A DNA stretch of 64,000 bases. It comes from Octopus sinensis. Taxonomy: Eukaryota. The DNA lies in NCBI RefSeq assembly GCF_006345805.1, contig NC_042997.1, positions 58,652,001 to 58,716,000 on the forward strand. Reading direction: 5' to 3'. The notes under the pieces are model-generated. The model made no database searches, was not told the origin of the DNA, and saw nothing but the letters and a program-made list of their open reading frames with translations. Each line of letters starts with the position of its first letter. Within the stretch, counting starts at the first letter, position 1. Shown here one piece after another: positions 12,430-24,311 of this stretch. The translations under genes were made by a program, and so were the position numbers.

Positions 12430-13080
12430 AATTGACTCAGAATAGTTTTCTGGTCATCTTACTTAATGAGGATATATATCATCGAAAGCCACAAATCTGC
12501 AATGAACTGCAGCGAAGAAATCAATATTTTTTTTTATTTTGTTCTGGTGAACAGATTTTATCAACGCTCCTTTGGGAGAGATCCGTATCAACTTTATTTC
12601 ATATCTCTTCTCAAGTTCATTAGCCATCCAAATTATGTTATCGATTTCGTGGTAACAAACGTGGGCAAAACAGTTACTGGTTTCTTCTTCCGTTGCAGAT
12701 ATTGTTTCAGTATCACGATACGTGCTTCATATGATATCAATACAGATTTGGGACCACGACCACAATCCTTGCGTGGGTAGTAAGCCAGTCTATATCTCCA
12801 TTGCTGTTGAAGTTTCCTATAACACTGAGCAGCTTGCGAATTCGAACATCTGTCTCATTGAGTTTTTGTAGTGACCAGTTGAAAAGACCAAACGTGTATG
12901 GACAGTGTAATAGTGTGATGGACAATATACTTGTTGTAAGCTGTGAGTACTAATGACTGTATTCTCTTTACTCTCTTGAAGAATTCATTCCTGGTCCTCT
13001 CCTCATTTATGGGTTAATCATATCTGACATTCTCGTCTTGTCCAAGATACCTATTACATAAATGTCACTCGACTGTAATG
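12430..13080 (-). pseudogene. Degenerate Dong/R4-type RT C-terminal fragment
   Basis: YTFGLFNWSLQKLNETDVRIRKLL...GDIDWL and PRKDCGRGPKSV align with YSYNVLNWNMSEVKNIDRKIRKLL...DVDRLYLPRAQGGRGL of ORF 59180. Confidence 0.7.
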
Positions 13081-13534
13081 GTTGTATTGTCAAACCATTC
13101 ATTTTTAGGTTTTCAGAGAAGAACATAACTTTTCCACGCTTCATTGTCAAAATTGCACATATTGGGTGTATGCATGTATGTATGTAAAAATGATCGATGA
13201 CACATACATAGTGTATATGTTTTCTTTATATGTCCATTAGCTTCGGGGTATAGTTTAAGCTCATCAGTGCCGTATACAATAGTGTAATATTGATATCCGT
13301 CTTCAGGACAAGTTATCTCGCTTGATTTGAGACATGCAGTGCTTTTTAACACTCGATGGCGTGAAGGAATGTTGTCCAGGACGCTATCCTGCAGCTAGTG
13401 GGCGTATAAACAAAACACATATACTATGTACATGTCATTGATAATGTTAACACTATTAGAACTACTTTTAATACAAAATTTAGTGCGTGTATATACATAC
13501 ATACATACATACATATATACATATATATATATAC

Positions 13535-13586
<52 letters not shown>

Positions 13587-13661
13587 TATATTATATATAT
13601 ATATATATGCACATACACACACATTTCTAAATCTCTCAGAGATTTATACAGTAGCAGCACG

Positions 13662-13941
13662 ATAAAGTGATGGTATGTTGTCAACTTAATGTAACAGGCC
13701 CATGAAAAGGAAGAATGCTACTGCTATTTAACCCTAAGAAACACCGTTTCCTGTTGGCCTTGACACATTTCTTGTGTCCTTATGCTGGCTTTGCTGGGTG
13801 GAGGTGCTTATCTCCCCTTTGAAATCATAAGGACACAGGAAATGTGTCAAGGCCAACAGGAAACAGTGTTTCCTAACGCTAAATAGCATTCTTCCCTTCA
13901 TAGGACTGATACATTAATTTGACAACATAGCATCACTTTAT
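13662..13941. mobile_element. Foldback/MITE-like element, ~120-bp imperfect arms and ~40-bp spacer
   Basis: taaagtgatggtatgttgtcaa...gtgtccttatg is the reverse complement of cataaggacac...ttgacaacatagcatcacttta. Confidence 0.8.
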
Positions 13942-13951
13942 ATATATATAT

Positions 13952-14006
<55 letters not shown>

Positions 14007-14963
14007 GCATAAATGCAAATTCATATATTCACGCACACACACACATGTATGTATGTGTATATATATATATATATATATATGAATATATGAATTTGCATAC
14101 ATGCATTTAAAATATATTTGTAATTGAATCCACACAACTGTTTTACGAGTAGATGTAAATGCGAAACGGATTAACAGTGCTACATTAGCGTATCATGTGC
14201 TATCGACAGACGCTAATTAGCAAATATAACTCTACTGCTCTAGTTATGCTGTGCAGCTATCACTATCACCGTATATAAGTCAAGCATCAGAGCCAAATTC
14301 AAGGTACCTATTGCCTTGACTGCGGTTATTTAAACCGAAAGATTTATATATAAGATAGAAAAGCCGTTGTTTTATGTTTTGGTTTTATATCTACTTGGTT
14401 TCACTTAGGTTTAACGATACTAATAACCAGTGGGGAACCGGACAGCTTGCCCGATGGCTAGTGGGCCCCTGCGCCATTAGAATCCATATATGGGGGCTCA
14501 TGTTAATATCTAATGGGCGCATCCCCTCAAGTTTGAGAATTTTTTATTCACTCCTAGAAGAATGCATTAATTATTTCAGCCTGGCGGTGTTTGTAGAGAG
14601 TTGGAACGAATACTTTTAACAAAAAAATAATAAAAGATTAAATCATAGCATTGTAGTTGTCTCTGACAACCAATATTTTTAGACCCAGTCCACCACTGTC
14701 AATACCTTGTTGTTAGAGCTCAATACTTATATTCCAGAATAAAGTGTTAAGCTGTACAGTTCTTGTAGAAGAAGCAGCTGTAAGCTAATGATTATGATTA
14801 CGTAATCTCTTCTCTCTTGCCATTCCATGAATTGTATGTATGTATATATATTATTTAACGATTGATTAAATATTTATAAGAATTTATCAAGTAGTTAGCG
14901 TGAAAAACCTCATAAGAGAAAACTCCAACAATTTTTCTCTTAAATATATTTATTTATATTATA

Positions 14964-15108
14964 TAGAGGGCATTACTATACATAAATGCCACACGCTAGG
15001 AGGGACACTTACAGTCAAAACTACCAAAATAAATAAACACAATTTTGGTAGTTTAGACTTTATGAGTCCCTCCTAGCGTGTGGCATTTATGTATAGTAAT
15101 GCCCTCTA
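14964..15108. repeat. Near-perfect 145-bp palindrome (MITE-like hairpin)
   Basis: tagagggcattactatacataaatgccacacgctaggagggac / gtccctcctagcgtgtggcatttatgtatagtaatgccctcta. Confidence 0.9.
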
Positions 15109-15109
15109 T

Positions 15110-15172
15110 TATATGATATTATATTTATAATTATATTATATTATATTATATTATATATATATATATATATAA

Positions 15173-15235
<63 letters not shown>

Positions 15236-15262
15236 ATACATATTATATATATATATATATAG

Positions 15263-15301
<39 letters not shown>

Positions 15302-15304
15302 ATA
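15110..15304. repeat. (TA)n-rich microsatellite
   Basis: Direct reading. Confidence 0.95.
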
Positions 15305-15473
15305 GGCGCAGGAGTGGCTGTGTGGTAAGTAGCTTGCTAACCAACCACATGGTTCCGGGTTCAGTCCCACTGTGTGGCATCTTGGGCAAGTGTCTTCTGC
15401 TATAGCCCCTTCTGAGTGGATTTGGTAGAGGGAAACTGAAAGAAGCCTGTCGTATATATGTATATATATATAA

Positions 15474-15505
<32 letters not shown>

Positions 15506-15524
15506 ATGTATGTATATACGTATG

Positions 15525-15558
<34 letters not shown>

Positions 15559-15575
15559 TGTATGTATGTATGTAT
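15305..15575 (+). mobile_element. SINE family A 5' half plus internal microsatellite
   Basis: ggcgcaggagtggctgtgtggtaag...ggttcagtccc...gaagcctgtcgta. Confidence 0.88.
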
Positions 15576-16289
15576 AACAAAATATTTATTCAAACATATT
15601 TATGCATGTATTATACATACATGTAAATATGTATGAATGCTTTGGTACGTACGCGATGAGGAAGGTTAACACGTTAGTGTAATAATATACTTTTCGTAAG
15701 CTAGGTCTGTCGTTTTGTTTCAGATCCTAAAAGCAACCTTCCCTTTTATTTACGTCATTAATGACCTGAAAAGGAATGAATAGCACACAACGTAATTTTC
15801 TTTTTGTCTTTTTATATATATGTATATCAGACATTGAGCTGTGTGGGACGTCAGACCGAATTTACATAAAAAGCTATCAAATACTTGGAACAATGTACTA
15901 CAATTCGTTTAAAATTACTAAGTATATGTAAATGACTCTGAATAAAGTCTTGTACCACATTTGAAATCTCTACACAATCGAAATTAGTGCGGTTAAATCG
16001 TTATCATAAAGTCCTAAATTTCGCAATATACCATATGCCTGCTTGTATGCTATTAATTCTTTCTCTAAGAAACAGTATTGCTCCTATATATATTCATGTG
16101 TAAGTCGTTTTTAATAATTTTGTTTCACATCTTGATACCTTTATTTGCTAACTCAAAGTGAGAAGAGATGATTCTCATGCCTATTTTCAGTGCATGAGTG
16201 ATGTAATTTCTGAAGCAAGGTATTAAACTCAGTTCACTGAGGGTTCATAGAATTCTACACTTCGATGTCGACACAACAGGCACCTATCT

Positions 16290-16292
16290 ATA

Positions 16293-16373
<81 letters not shown>
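16290..16373. repeat. (TATC)n microsatellite
   Basis: Direct reading. Confidence 0.97.
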
Positions 16374-16374
<1 letters not shown>

Positions 16375-16641
16375 GCTTGCTAGCTAGCTATACACACACA
16401 CTATTCAGCCATTGAGTCAGCGAGGAAAAGGCAAAAGCCAGGACCCTTTACTTTCCCTGATGATACTGGTGCAAGGAAAAGGAGAATATATCTTCAAACC
16501 GGAAATATGCCCAAAGGCTTACGATAGAGGCCCTCGAGTATCAAGTAATGGTGTTAAACCGAACGGTGGATGAAGTCTTCGTTGTATTAGTTTGAATATT
16601 GGTTGTTTGTATGTGTATGTATGTATATTTTGCACATGTCT

Positions 16642-16820
16642 AGGAGTGGCTATGTGGTAAGAAGCTTGCTTCCCAACCACGTGGTTCCGGGTTCAGTCCC
16701 ACTGCGTAGCACCTTGGTCAAGTGTCTTCTACTATAGCTTCGGTTCGACCAAAACCTTGTGAGTGGATTTGGCAGGCAGAAACTGCAAGAATCCTGTCGT
16801 GTATATATAAAGATATAAAG

Positions 16821-16873
<53 letters not shown>

Positions 16874-16905
16874 TTTGTGTTTGTGCTTGTCCACCACCAC
16901 CGCTT
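16642..16905 (+). mobile_element. SINE family A, 3'-truncated
   Basis: aggagtggctatgtggtaag...gtgtttgtgcttgtccaccaccaccgctt. Confidence 0.85.
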
Positions 16906-18147
16906 AATGTGTATATACTGTTAATAGGCCAATAACTGCAGTATTTGTCCTGAGATAACATCTTTTATTGGACGTGGTGTGTTAAATAACATCGGAAGAA
17001 GAACATTTTCTAACAGGGAGGATGGCTACCTAGTTGCTTACTAAGAACAAATGTTATCTGTACCGTGATAGTGGAAATAAATTACACTTGGTAAAGAATG
17101 TTTTAAAATCTTGTTTGAATTTGGCGTGAAAGTAGATGACACTTTTGAAAACCTAAACTCTTGTAGGGTCGATAAAATTATTGAAGAATATATTGAATAA
17201 CTTTTAATGAATCGCTCATTATATATACAGATGAACAGCCCTTTATATACACGTGTCATCAGACCGATTGTCGTGACGCTATACGTAATATTTATCTGAA
17301 ATATTAAAATTTGTTTCCATCCTTCTTTAGCCTTTTTCATCTTTTTGCTTAATTTTATACATACGTATATCATCATAAGGGCGAGTACGTATTGTATGCA
17401 CTTATGTAATATATTTCAGTTGATATCCTTGTTTAACCGGTGAAAATGCACGTGCAAGTATGTATGCATGTACATATGTTTGTAGATATGTGTACATATG
17501 TGCATTTGTGTAAGCGGATATGCGAGTTGTATAGCTCCTGTTTCAATTCTTTAATAACTTAGATTATTTTCCAGTAATAACTCCTTAATGTAACACAGTT
17601 TTAACATTCTATTTATGGGCTCAGTTCTCTATGACACATTGTAATATGTGTTTCAGCCTATGAAGTTGATAATGTGTTATTACTTGTATAGTTTCATGTC
17701 ATTTCCACAACCCCGCCTCTTGCTTTTTTTCGTTATCTTCTGTCTTATTTTCTGTATATATATGCAGTGTAGGAGTGATTATAAAATCTTGCGCGCAATA
17801 CATCTGGGGAGAAAATTGGAGTGGTGATGTTGCTACAGCTTCCTCTTACGTCACTTATGTGTCTTTAAGATAAAAAAAAAAATGACTTACAAAAATCTCA
17901 TTTCCGTTCTATTAAAAATCTCAGACCTTGTAGTAATACATAATATATTTGGAATATATGTTATCGAAGATAGTTGCAATGTTGTTCATTTTTGTCTTAA
18001 ATAGCTCCTACTTGTGCAAACATATGATTACCTAACCCCTTCTTTCCGTAGCTAAATAGATTTCAGTATACAAAAATGGTTAGAAAATTTCGAATACATA
18101 GGGCCCAAAATCTAAAAGGTATTTTACTATGCCATATATTTCAAGAT

Positions 18148-18355
18148 CACATGGGGTCCTGAAATGTTCCTGATTTTGGGTAAAATAAAATACAGGTAAT
18201 TATGATTTTATTCAACATATTCCTCCTCTCAAATTTACGCACTTATTGCAGCGGTTCTGTAGTTTTTCTAAGCCCTGTAAAAGAACTCGAAAGTTAGCCT
18301 CCAACAAGCCTTCGCGATACCCTTAAAGCCTGGAACTTTTCAGCATCCCCATGTA
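18148..18355 (-). mobile_element. Mariner-derived MITE retaining the transposase C-terminus
   Basis: ~25-bp imperfect TIRs (catggggtcctgaaatgttcc / ggaacttttcagcatccccatg); minus strand LQGLEKLQNRCNKCVNLRG...YVE*. Confidence 0.7.
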
Positions 18356-18532
18356 CGTGGCAGTTCGAATGAGTTAAAGATATGTGAAATTTAGAAATTA
18401 ATTTGACTTACCTCAAATAAACTGGACTGACTATCAATTTTAAGAAGTATACTATCATGTTTTATAGATATAATAAACTATCATTTCAATAAAACTCAAT
18501 CCACCATACTCTTTTAATTCTTTCAGTAACTA

Positions 18533-18892
18533 GACCACGGCCATGCTAGAGTATAGCCTTGCAGGGTTATTCGAGCAAATTGACCTCGTACTTACTTAAA
18601 GTCTGGTACTTATTCTGTTGAATCGTTAAGTTACAGGGGCGTAAACAAACTAACACAAATGTTCAAGCGACGGGAGAACACACACGCACTCAAATGTGTG
18701 TGTGTGTGTATGAATGTATGCATGATTGTATGTATATTTATGATGGGCCTCCTATGTTTCCGTTAATTAAGCTCACTCATAAAGAGCTATAGAATATGTG
18801 TCATCTGAAGTATATACCGATATATATATACCTATTCTTTTAATCTTTTATTTGTTTCAGTCATTTGACAGCAGCCATGCTGGTGCACCGGC
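18533..18892 (-). mobile_element. Degenerate SINE family A pieces (18533-18800 and tail at 18831-18892)
   Basis: ggccatgctagag..., gtttcagtcatttgacagcagccatgctgg. Confidence 0.65.
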
Positions 18893-18960
18893 TTTATAAT
18901 ATATATATTATATATATATTAAGCCAAGTCCTCAAGGTGGATAAAGACAAAGAGAGAGAG

Positions 18961-19623
18961 ATGGAAACAGGAAACACCAACCACAGAGTGTCAAAAAATG
19001 ACACACCCACAGCCACAGTCGAAGAAGGCAAGCAGGGCAAACAACAGATAGGCGGCGATGGGGAAACGGAAAATAACCACCCGGATGAAATACCTATGCA
19101 GAAAGGAACCAGTGGACAACCGTCCAACGGAGGAAAAAAAACAGAGAGGAACTGGGGACAAGAAAACCCGATAACATGCAAATTCTTCCGGAATGGAACC
19201 TGCTGGCATGGAGAAACAGGGGAAGGATGCAGGTTCGCTCATCCCAGGCCCTATGGAAATTGCATCAAACCCACTCGACCAAAATGCCTTAACCAAAACC
19301 AAGACCGAAACCAAAACCAGAACAAATTCAAGCTGCCCCAGAAATATGCAGACATAGTACGGAATGCCCCAACAAGGAGAAGGCGCACATTTGCAGAGGA
19401 AATGCAGACGGCGGCAGCAGAACAAAGAAATTTTGTGGAAATAGCAGAGAAAATTGTGGGACAACTGGCCTGGATACATCGTCTTCAGAGCCAGGGGCAC
19501 TCACAACAGCACTCAAGACCACCACAATCAAGGGACCCAGGGTGGCCACTGCTGACACCAGCCCAGGTGCCACACCGACAGCCTTTATTGACACCCCAAA
19601 TATCTCACCAGTGCTTCTGCTGA
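18961..19623 (+). CDS. LINE ORF1 with CCCH-type zinc finger
   Basis: Open frame METGNT...; CKFFRNGTCWHGETGEGCRFAH (C-x7-C-x8-C-x3-H); directly upstream of and overlapping the APE frame. Confidence 0.7.
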   Translation: METGNTNHRVSKNDTPTATVEEGKQGKQQIGGDGETENNHPDEIPMQKGTSGQPSNGGKKTERNWGQENPITCKFFRNGTCWHGETGEGCRFAHPRPYGNCIKPTRPKCLNQNQDRNQNQNKFKLPQKYADIVRNAPTRRRRTFAEEMQTAAAEQRNFVEIAEKIVGQLAWIHRLQSQGHSQQHSRPPQSRDPGWPLLTPAQVPHRQPLLTPQISHQCFC

Positions 19624-22563
19624 ATGTCAGAGGTCTGGTGAAACCCACTAATATGAGTAAAATTCCTTACCTTAGGGACTTAAGCACAAGCAACCATGCA
19701 ATATGCATAGCGCTGACTGAAACGCACCTGTCAAGCAGTATAGCAAGTGCAGAAATACACGTACCAAAGTATACTGTTTTTCGGTCAGACAGGAAGGAAA
19801 GAACTCATGGTGGGGTTGCCCTGTACGTCCGTGAAGATGTCACACCCATAGTACTGTTGACACACTCAAACTCAGTCTGTGACACACTGATAGTACACAT
19901 GAAACAACCGAAAATAGTAATATGTGTCACATATCGGCCACCAGACACCCCTAGTCATGAAGGAGTGTTTGAAGATAGCCTCAGAAGAATAGAAGAAGTC
20001 CTGGACAAACTGGACCAGGGTAACACCATTCTACTGCTGGAGATTTTAACCTTCCGAAAGTCAAATGGCCAGATGGCCATCTCCTCCCTGGAATGACATC
20101 ACTTGAACAGAGACAGACAGAGTCCTTGTTGGCTCTCACACGCAAGTTTTTCATGGAACAAGCAGTGCTTCGGCCAACAAGAGGTGAGAATGTCTTGGAC
20201 CTCTGTTTCACAAGCAACCCGATGCTCATCCACAACATAATGGTAAACCTACAATTCTCTCAGATCACAACTTAGTAGAGGTAATGATATATGGTATGAG
20301 AGAGTTAGTTGAGACGCAGCCATTAGAAAATACCACAGGCCTATCCAGTCTAAACTTCCATAAGGCAAACTGGAAGAAGATCAACGAAGAGATCCGAAAA
20401 CATGACTGGAGTGACTTCATCACCACACAAGAGACCAACACACATTTCCAACATTTCATGACAACAATACAGAACATATGCCATAAGTTTGTCCCGGAGA
20501 AAAAAGCCAGCGGGCATAGGAACGTTATTCCCAGAGACAGGAAAATACTTATGAGGCGAAGAGCTAAGCTCTCGAAGCAACTGAATGCACGGCAGAGAAA
20601 CAATAAGGGACTCCACCTGAAACTTTTTGAAACGGAAACTGCACTCAAACTTTCCTATGAGAAGGAGAGGGCAGAGAGAGAAGCCAGGGCCATAGAGAAT
20701 ATTAAAACAAACCCTAAAGCTTTCTTTAAATTTGCGAAAGAAACCACCTCGGTACACTGCAAGATTGGCCCACTCTTTGATAAAAAGGGCTCTCTAACTG
20801 AGGACCCCCAAGGGATAAGTGAAATACTAAGGAACAGTATAAAAGTGTGTTCACATCCCCTCTGGGGCACATGCAAATCACAAACCCAGAAGTTTTCTTT
20901 GATGCCACAACACTCCAAAACCAAACAACAACCATCGACCACATAGACATAACAGAGAGGGATGTAATATCTGCCATAGAAGAAATGAGAATAAACTCAG
21001 CTGCTGGACCAGATGGATTCCCAGCAGTCCTCCTAAAAACATGCAGGCATGCCTAGCGGGACCACTGAAGATGCTCTTCAGTGGTTCCTTGGCTAACGGT
21101 AAACTGCCCAGGGCGCTAAAAGAAGGCACCATATGCCCTATCCACAAAGGAGGGAGTAGAGCAGAGGCCAAAAACTACAGGCCAGTCTCCCTGACGTCAC
21201 ACATAAGTAAGGTCATGGAACGAATCATCAGAAAAAAACTGATCACGTTCCTCGAAGAAACTAACCGTCTCACTGACACACAGCATGGCTTTCGCCCAGG
21301 AAGAAGCTGCCTTACGCAGCTGTTACAACACTACGACTGGGTACTGAAACAACTACTGGATCGCTCACAGGTGGATGTGGTATATCTCGACTTTGCGAAG
21401 GCCTTTGACAAAGTCGACCACGGAGTGATATGTCACAAATTACTCAGACTCGGCATAACAGGAAAAGTAGGTGAGTGGATACATGACTTCCTGAAGGACA
21501 GAAGCCAGATGGTTGCAGCCAATGGAGCCCTCTCGGGAAAGACACCAATAGCAAGCGGGGTGCCACAGGACACAGTCTTGGGACCCTTGCTGTTTTTGGT
21601 GGCGCTCTCTGACATGCCCTTGGTAGCACAAACAACATCCCTCACTAGCTATGCTGATTGAGTTCAGGCAATCAAAAACAGGCACAGGCAATCAAAAACC
21701 CAGCTGATGCTGACCTTTTACAACAAGATCTGGATGCCATATACAAATGGGCTGAAGACAACAACAAGCAATTTAATGCTGGTAAATTTCAAGCCTTACA
21801 ATATCAAGCTGTAAACACATATACATTACAACAAAACTATACTGGTCCAGGAGGGATCGAAATCCCAGTATCGAAATCAATACGGGACCTGGGGATAGAC
21901 ATGAGTGACGATGCATCTTTTTCTTCACACATCGCGAAGGTGGCGACAATGTGCAGACGACTCACTGGCTGGATCCTGAGGACATTCCGGACAAGAGACT
22001 GCGAGACCATGTTGACACTATGGAGGACATTTGTCCTAAGCCGCCTAGACTACTGCTCCCAACTGTGGTCACCGCATAGTGTCAAACTAACCACAGAGCT
22101 TGAGACAATCCAAAGACATTTCACCAAGAGGATTTCCACCATGAAAGAAAAGAACTATTGGGAGAGGCTTAGGGACTCAATTTGTACTCCTTGGAACGAA
22201 GACGAGAGAGATATGCAGTGATATACATATGGAAAATCCTGGAGGGACTAGCACCAAATTTTGGAATTGAGAGCTGTTCCAATCCCCGTACAGGTCGTCA
22301 CTGTGTGGTGCCAAGGTCCCGTCTTCCACATCCAGGGTAGGAGCAGATACTGTAATAGCCTGGGGTTCAGGGGCCCTCAGCTGTTCAACAAACTGCCAAG
22401 AAAAGTAAGAGATCTACATGATGCGGATGTGGACATTTTCAAAAAACATCTAGACAAGCTGCTTTCCGGGATCCCAGATGAACCCACTGCAAGGTACGAA
22501 GGTAACCTAAGGGCAGCAGCTACAAACTCTCTCTTAGATCAGTGGCCAGCCACGGCAAACTGA
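19605..22563 (+). pseudogene. LINE ORF2 (APE endonuclease + reverse transcriptase), several frameshifts/stops
   Basis: LNVRGL, LTETHL, RSDR..GGVALY, GDFN, PTRGENVLDL, NYRPVSLTS, QHGFR, YLDFAKAFDKVDH, GVPQ, YAD*, LDYCSQLW motifs across ORF pieces 19542-22563. Confidence 0.95.
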
Positions 22564-22642
22564 CTTAGAGAGGTAGCAACAAGGGCGGTGCCCCAGCATG
22601 GCCTCAGCCGGATGGCTGAAACAAGTAAAGAGTAAAAGAGTA

Positions 22643-22647
<5 letters not shown>

Positions 22648-22689
<42 letters not shown>

Positions 22690-22820
22690 ATGTAGTATGT
22701 ATGTATGTATATATATATATATATTATATGTATGTATTATGTATGTATATATAATATTATATAATTATATATAATATATATATATGTGGGTGTGTGGTGA
22801 GTGTGTATATAATATATATA
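22648..22820. repeat. (TA)n/(TATG)n tract
   Basis: Direct reading. Confidence 0.9.
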
Positions 22821-22821
22821 T

Positions 22822-23554
22822 TAATTTACAAGATAAGGGCAGAAGAAAAATTCTAATGCCAAATATGCCGAAACAAAAAATTGTCGACACTATTAATAAT
22901 TTATGCGTCTCGAAAATCGATAGAATCCTTAAAAAAAATTCGTTATTACCGTATTGTCCTATTTTCGGGGTTATTTTCATAAGAATTTTCCCCTCTTCAG
23001 CGGCAAATACGCGAGATATAAATGAAATACTTACTCTTACCCATGGAAAAAGCAAGCACTAAGTCCCGAGCAGACTTAAGTACCCCAAATATATCCAAAA
23101 TAGAAAAATCTTCGGCGCACCTCGAGACACGTGTGATTCGAACTAGAAACTTTCACAGAGTGATAGAATCCGGAAGTGAACACTAATCTATTTATAATTA
23201 ATATAGGATAAAATTTTTTTCGGGTAAAAAATTTTATCAATGGCCAGCATATCAAAAAATGCCTTTAAAGGTAAAATTTATACATAATTTACAAGATAAG
23301 GGCAGAAGAAAAATTCTAATGCCAAATATGCCGAAACAAAAAATTGGCGATAACCATTAATAATTTATGCGTCTCGAAATAAATATTAATGGTTATCGAC
23401 AATTTTTTGTTTCGGCATATTTGGCATTAGAATTTTTCTTCTGCCCTTATCTTGTAAATTATGTATAAATTTTACCTTTAAAGGCATTTTTTGATATGCT
23501 GGCCATTGATAAAATTTTTTACCCGAAAAAAAACGTTATCCTATATTAATTATA
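22822..23554 (-). mobile_element. Non-coding element with direct terminal repeats (22822-22915, 23285-23379), an inverted arm (palindrome 23193-23554), a Pol III-like head and a hammerhead-like motif
   Basis: 94-bp direct repeat at period ~464; ~165-bp near-perfect inverted arms; A/B-box-like tagattagtg...gttcgaatc on the minus strand. Confidence 0.75.
22946..23006 (-). ncRNA. Hammerhead-ribozyme-like motif with canonical CUGAAGA core
   Basis: Minus strand: TTGCCG-CTGAAGA-GGGG...CCCC-GAAA-ATAGGACAA-T-A-CGGTAA; 6-bp stem I, 4-bp GC stem II, imperfect palindromic stem III. Confidence 0.65.
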
Positions 23555-24311
23555 TATATATATGCACACACAAATATTCATACATACATCAATACATGTA
23601 TGTGCGCGTGTGTGTGTGTATATCGGTGTGTGTGCGTGCGTGCATGTTGAAGTTTAACTGCAACAGTATTTATGCCAGCGACTGTTACTTACGATATCAG
23701 TTAGCAAAAATGATACTATATGTCACACGATCTTATAAAATGATAGAGTTATTTCCGTACATAAACGAAATTCAGCAGTGATTATTGCTGAAAATATGAC
23801 TAAAGCAAGTTATCTGAGAAAATATATTTCTTCGAAATACAGGTCTGCGATCATTAACTCTTATACATAAACTTGAAATTCAAGAAATTCAATTAATTTG
23901 TATAATTATATTCTATATTTCTTAAATCACCCAGAAATAATCTTTCAGATTTATTCGCTTTTGTTTCATTAGCTTTATGTTATTCAATTGTCGTACTATG
24001 TTACTTCTAATGGGTTTTTGTTGATATTTAAAGAAATCCTTAACCCCATTTAACTGCACAATTAAATTTCATTCTAGTAAGGATGTTAAATATCTATCAA
24101 ATATTAGAATTGGCATTTACTGCAAGTCATGTTGCCTCAATAAATTTTACATATCTCATCGAAAAAGTTATTTCAAACGCGACATTCGTCAGCAAAAAAT
24201 AAATTGGTGCAAAAAACTTTGCCACACACAGTTAAGGTTAGTGAAAATATACGTTTTTGAGTGGATTTGTCTGATTTCCGCAGTAAAAGAGCTGAACAAA
24301 ATTATGAAAGG

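Larger units (their letters stand above)
18921..22645 (+). mobile_element. Near full-length non-LTR retrotransposon, CR1/L2 group (ORF1 + APE-RT ORF2), in a (TA)n tract
   Basis: Ordered ORF1, APE, RT and C-terminal domains; 3' stem-loop and (GAGTAAA)-type tail; TA repeats on both sides. Confidence 0.92.

Noticed and set aside
13235-13330. Two hammerhead-like cores (CTGAAGA, CTGATGA) on the minus strand
   Set aside because: No correctly placed GAAA or closing stems; at best a heavily decayed relic.
16445-16520. CTGATGA...ACCGGAAATATG hammerhead-like string
   Set aside because: Stem II register is ambiguous, position 17 would be G, and stem I is unconvincing.
17041-17376. 111-aa minus-strand ORF with a faint LINE C-terminal flavour (HSLPSVI)
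   Set aside because: One weak motif only; cannot be supported without a profile search.
23230-23360. GAAAC-AA...TT-GTC half-hammerhead in repeat A of the 22.8-kb element
   Set aside because: Stem III and GUC are present, but no CUGANGA-like core lies at the required position.
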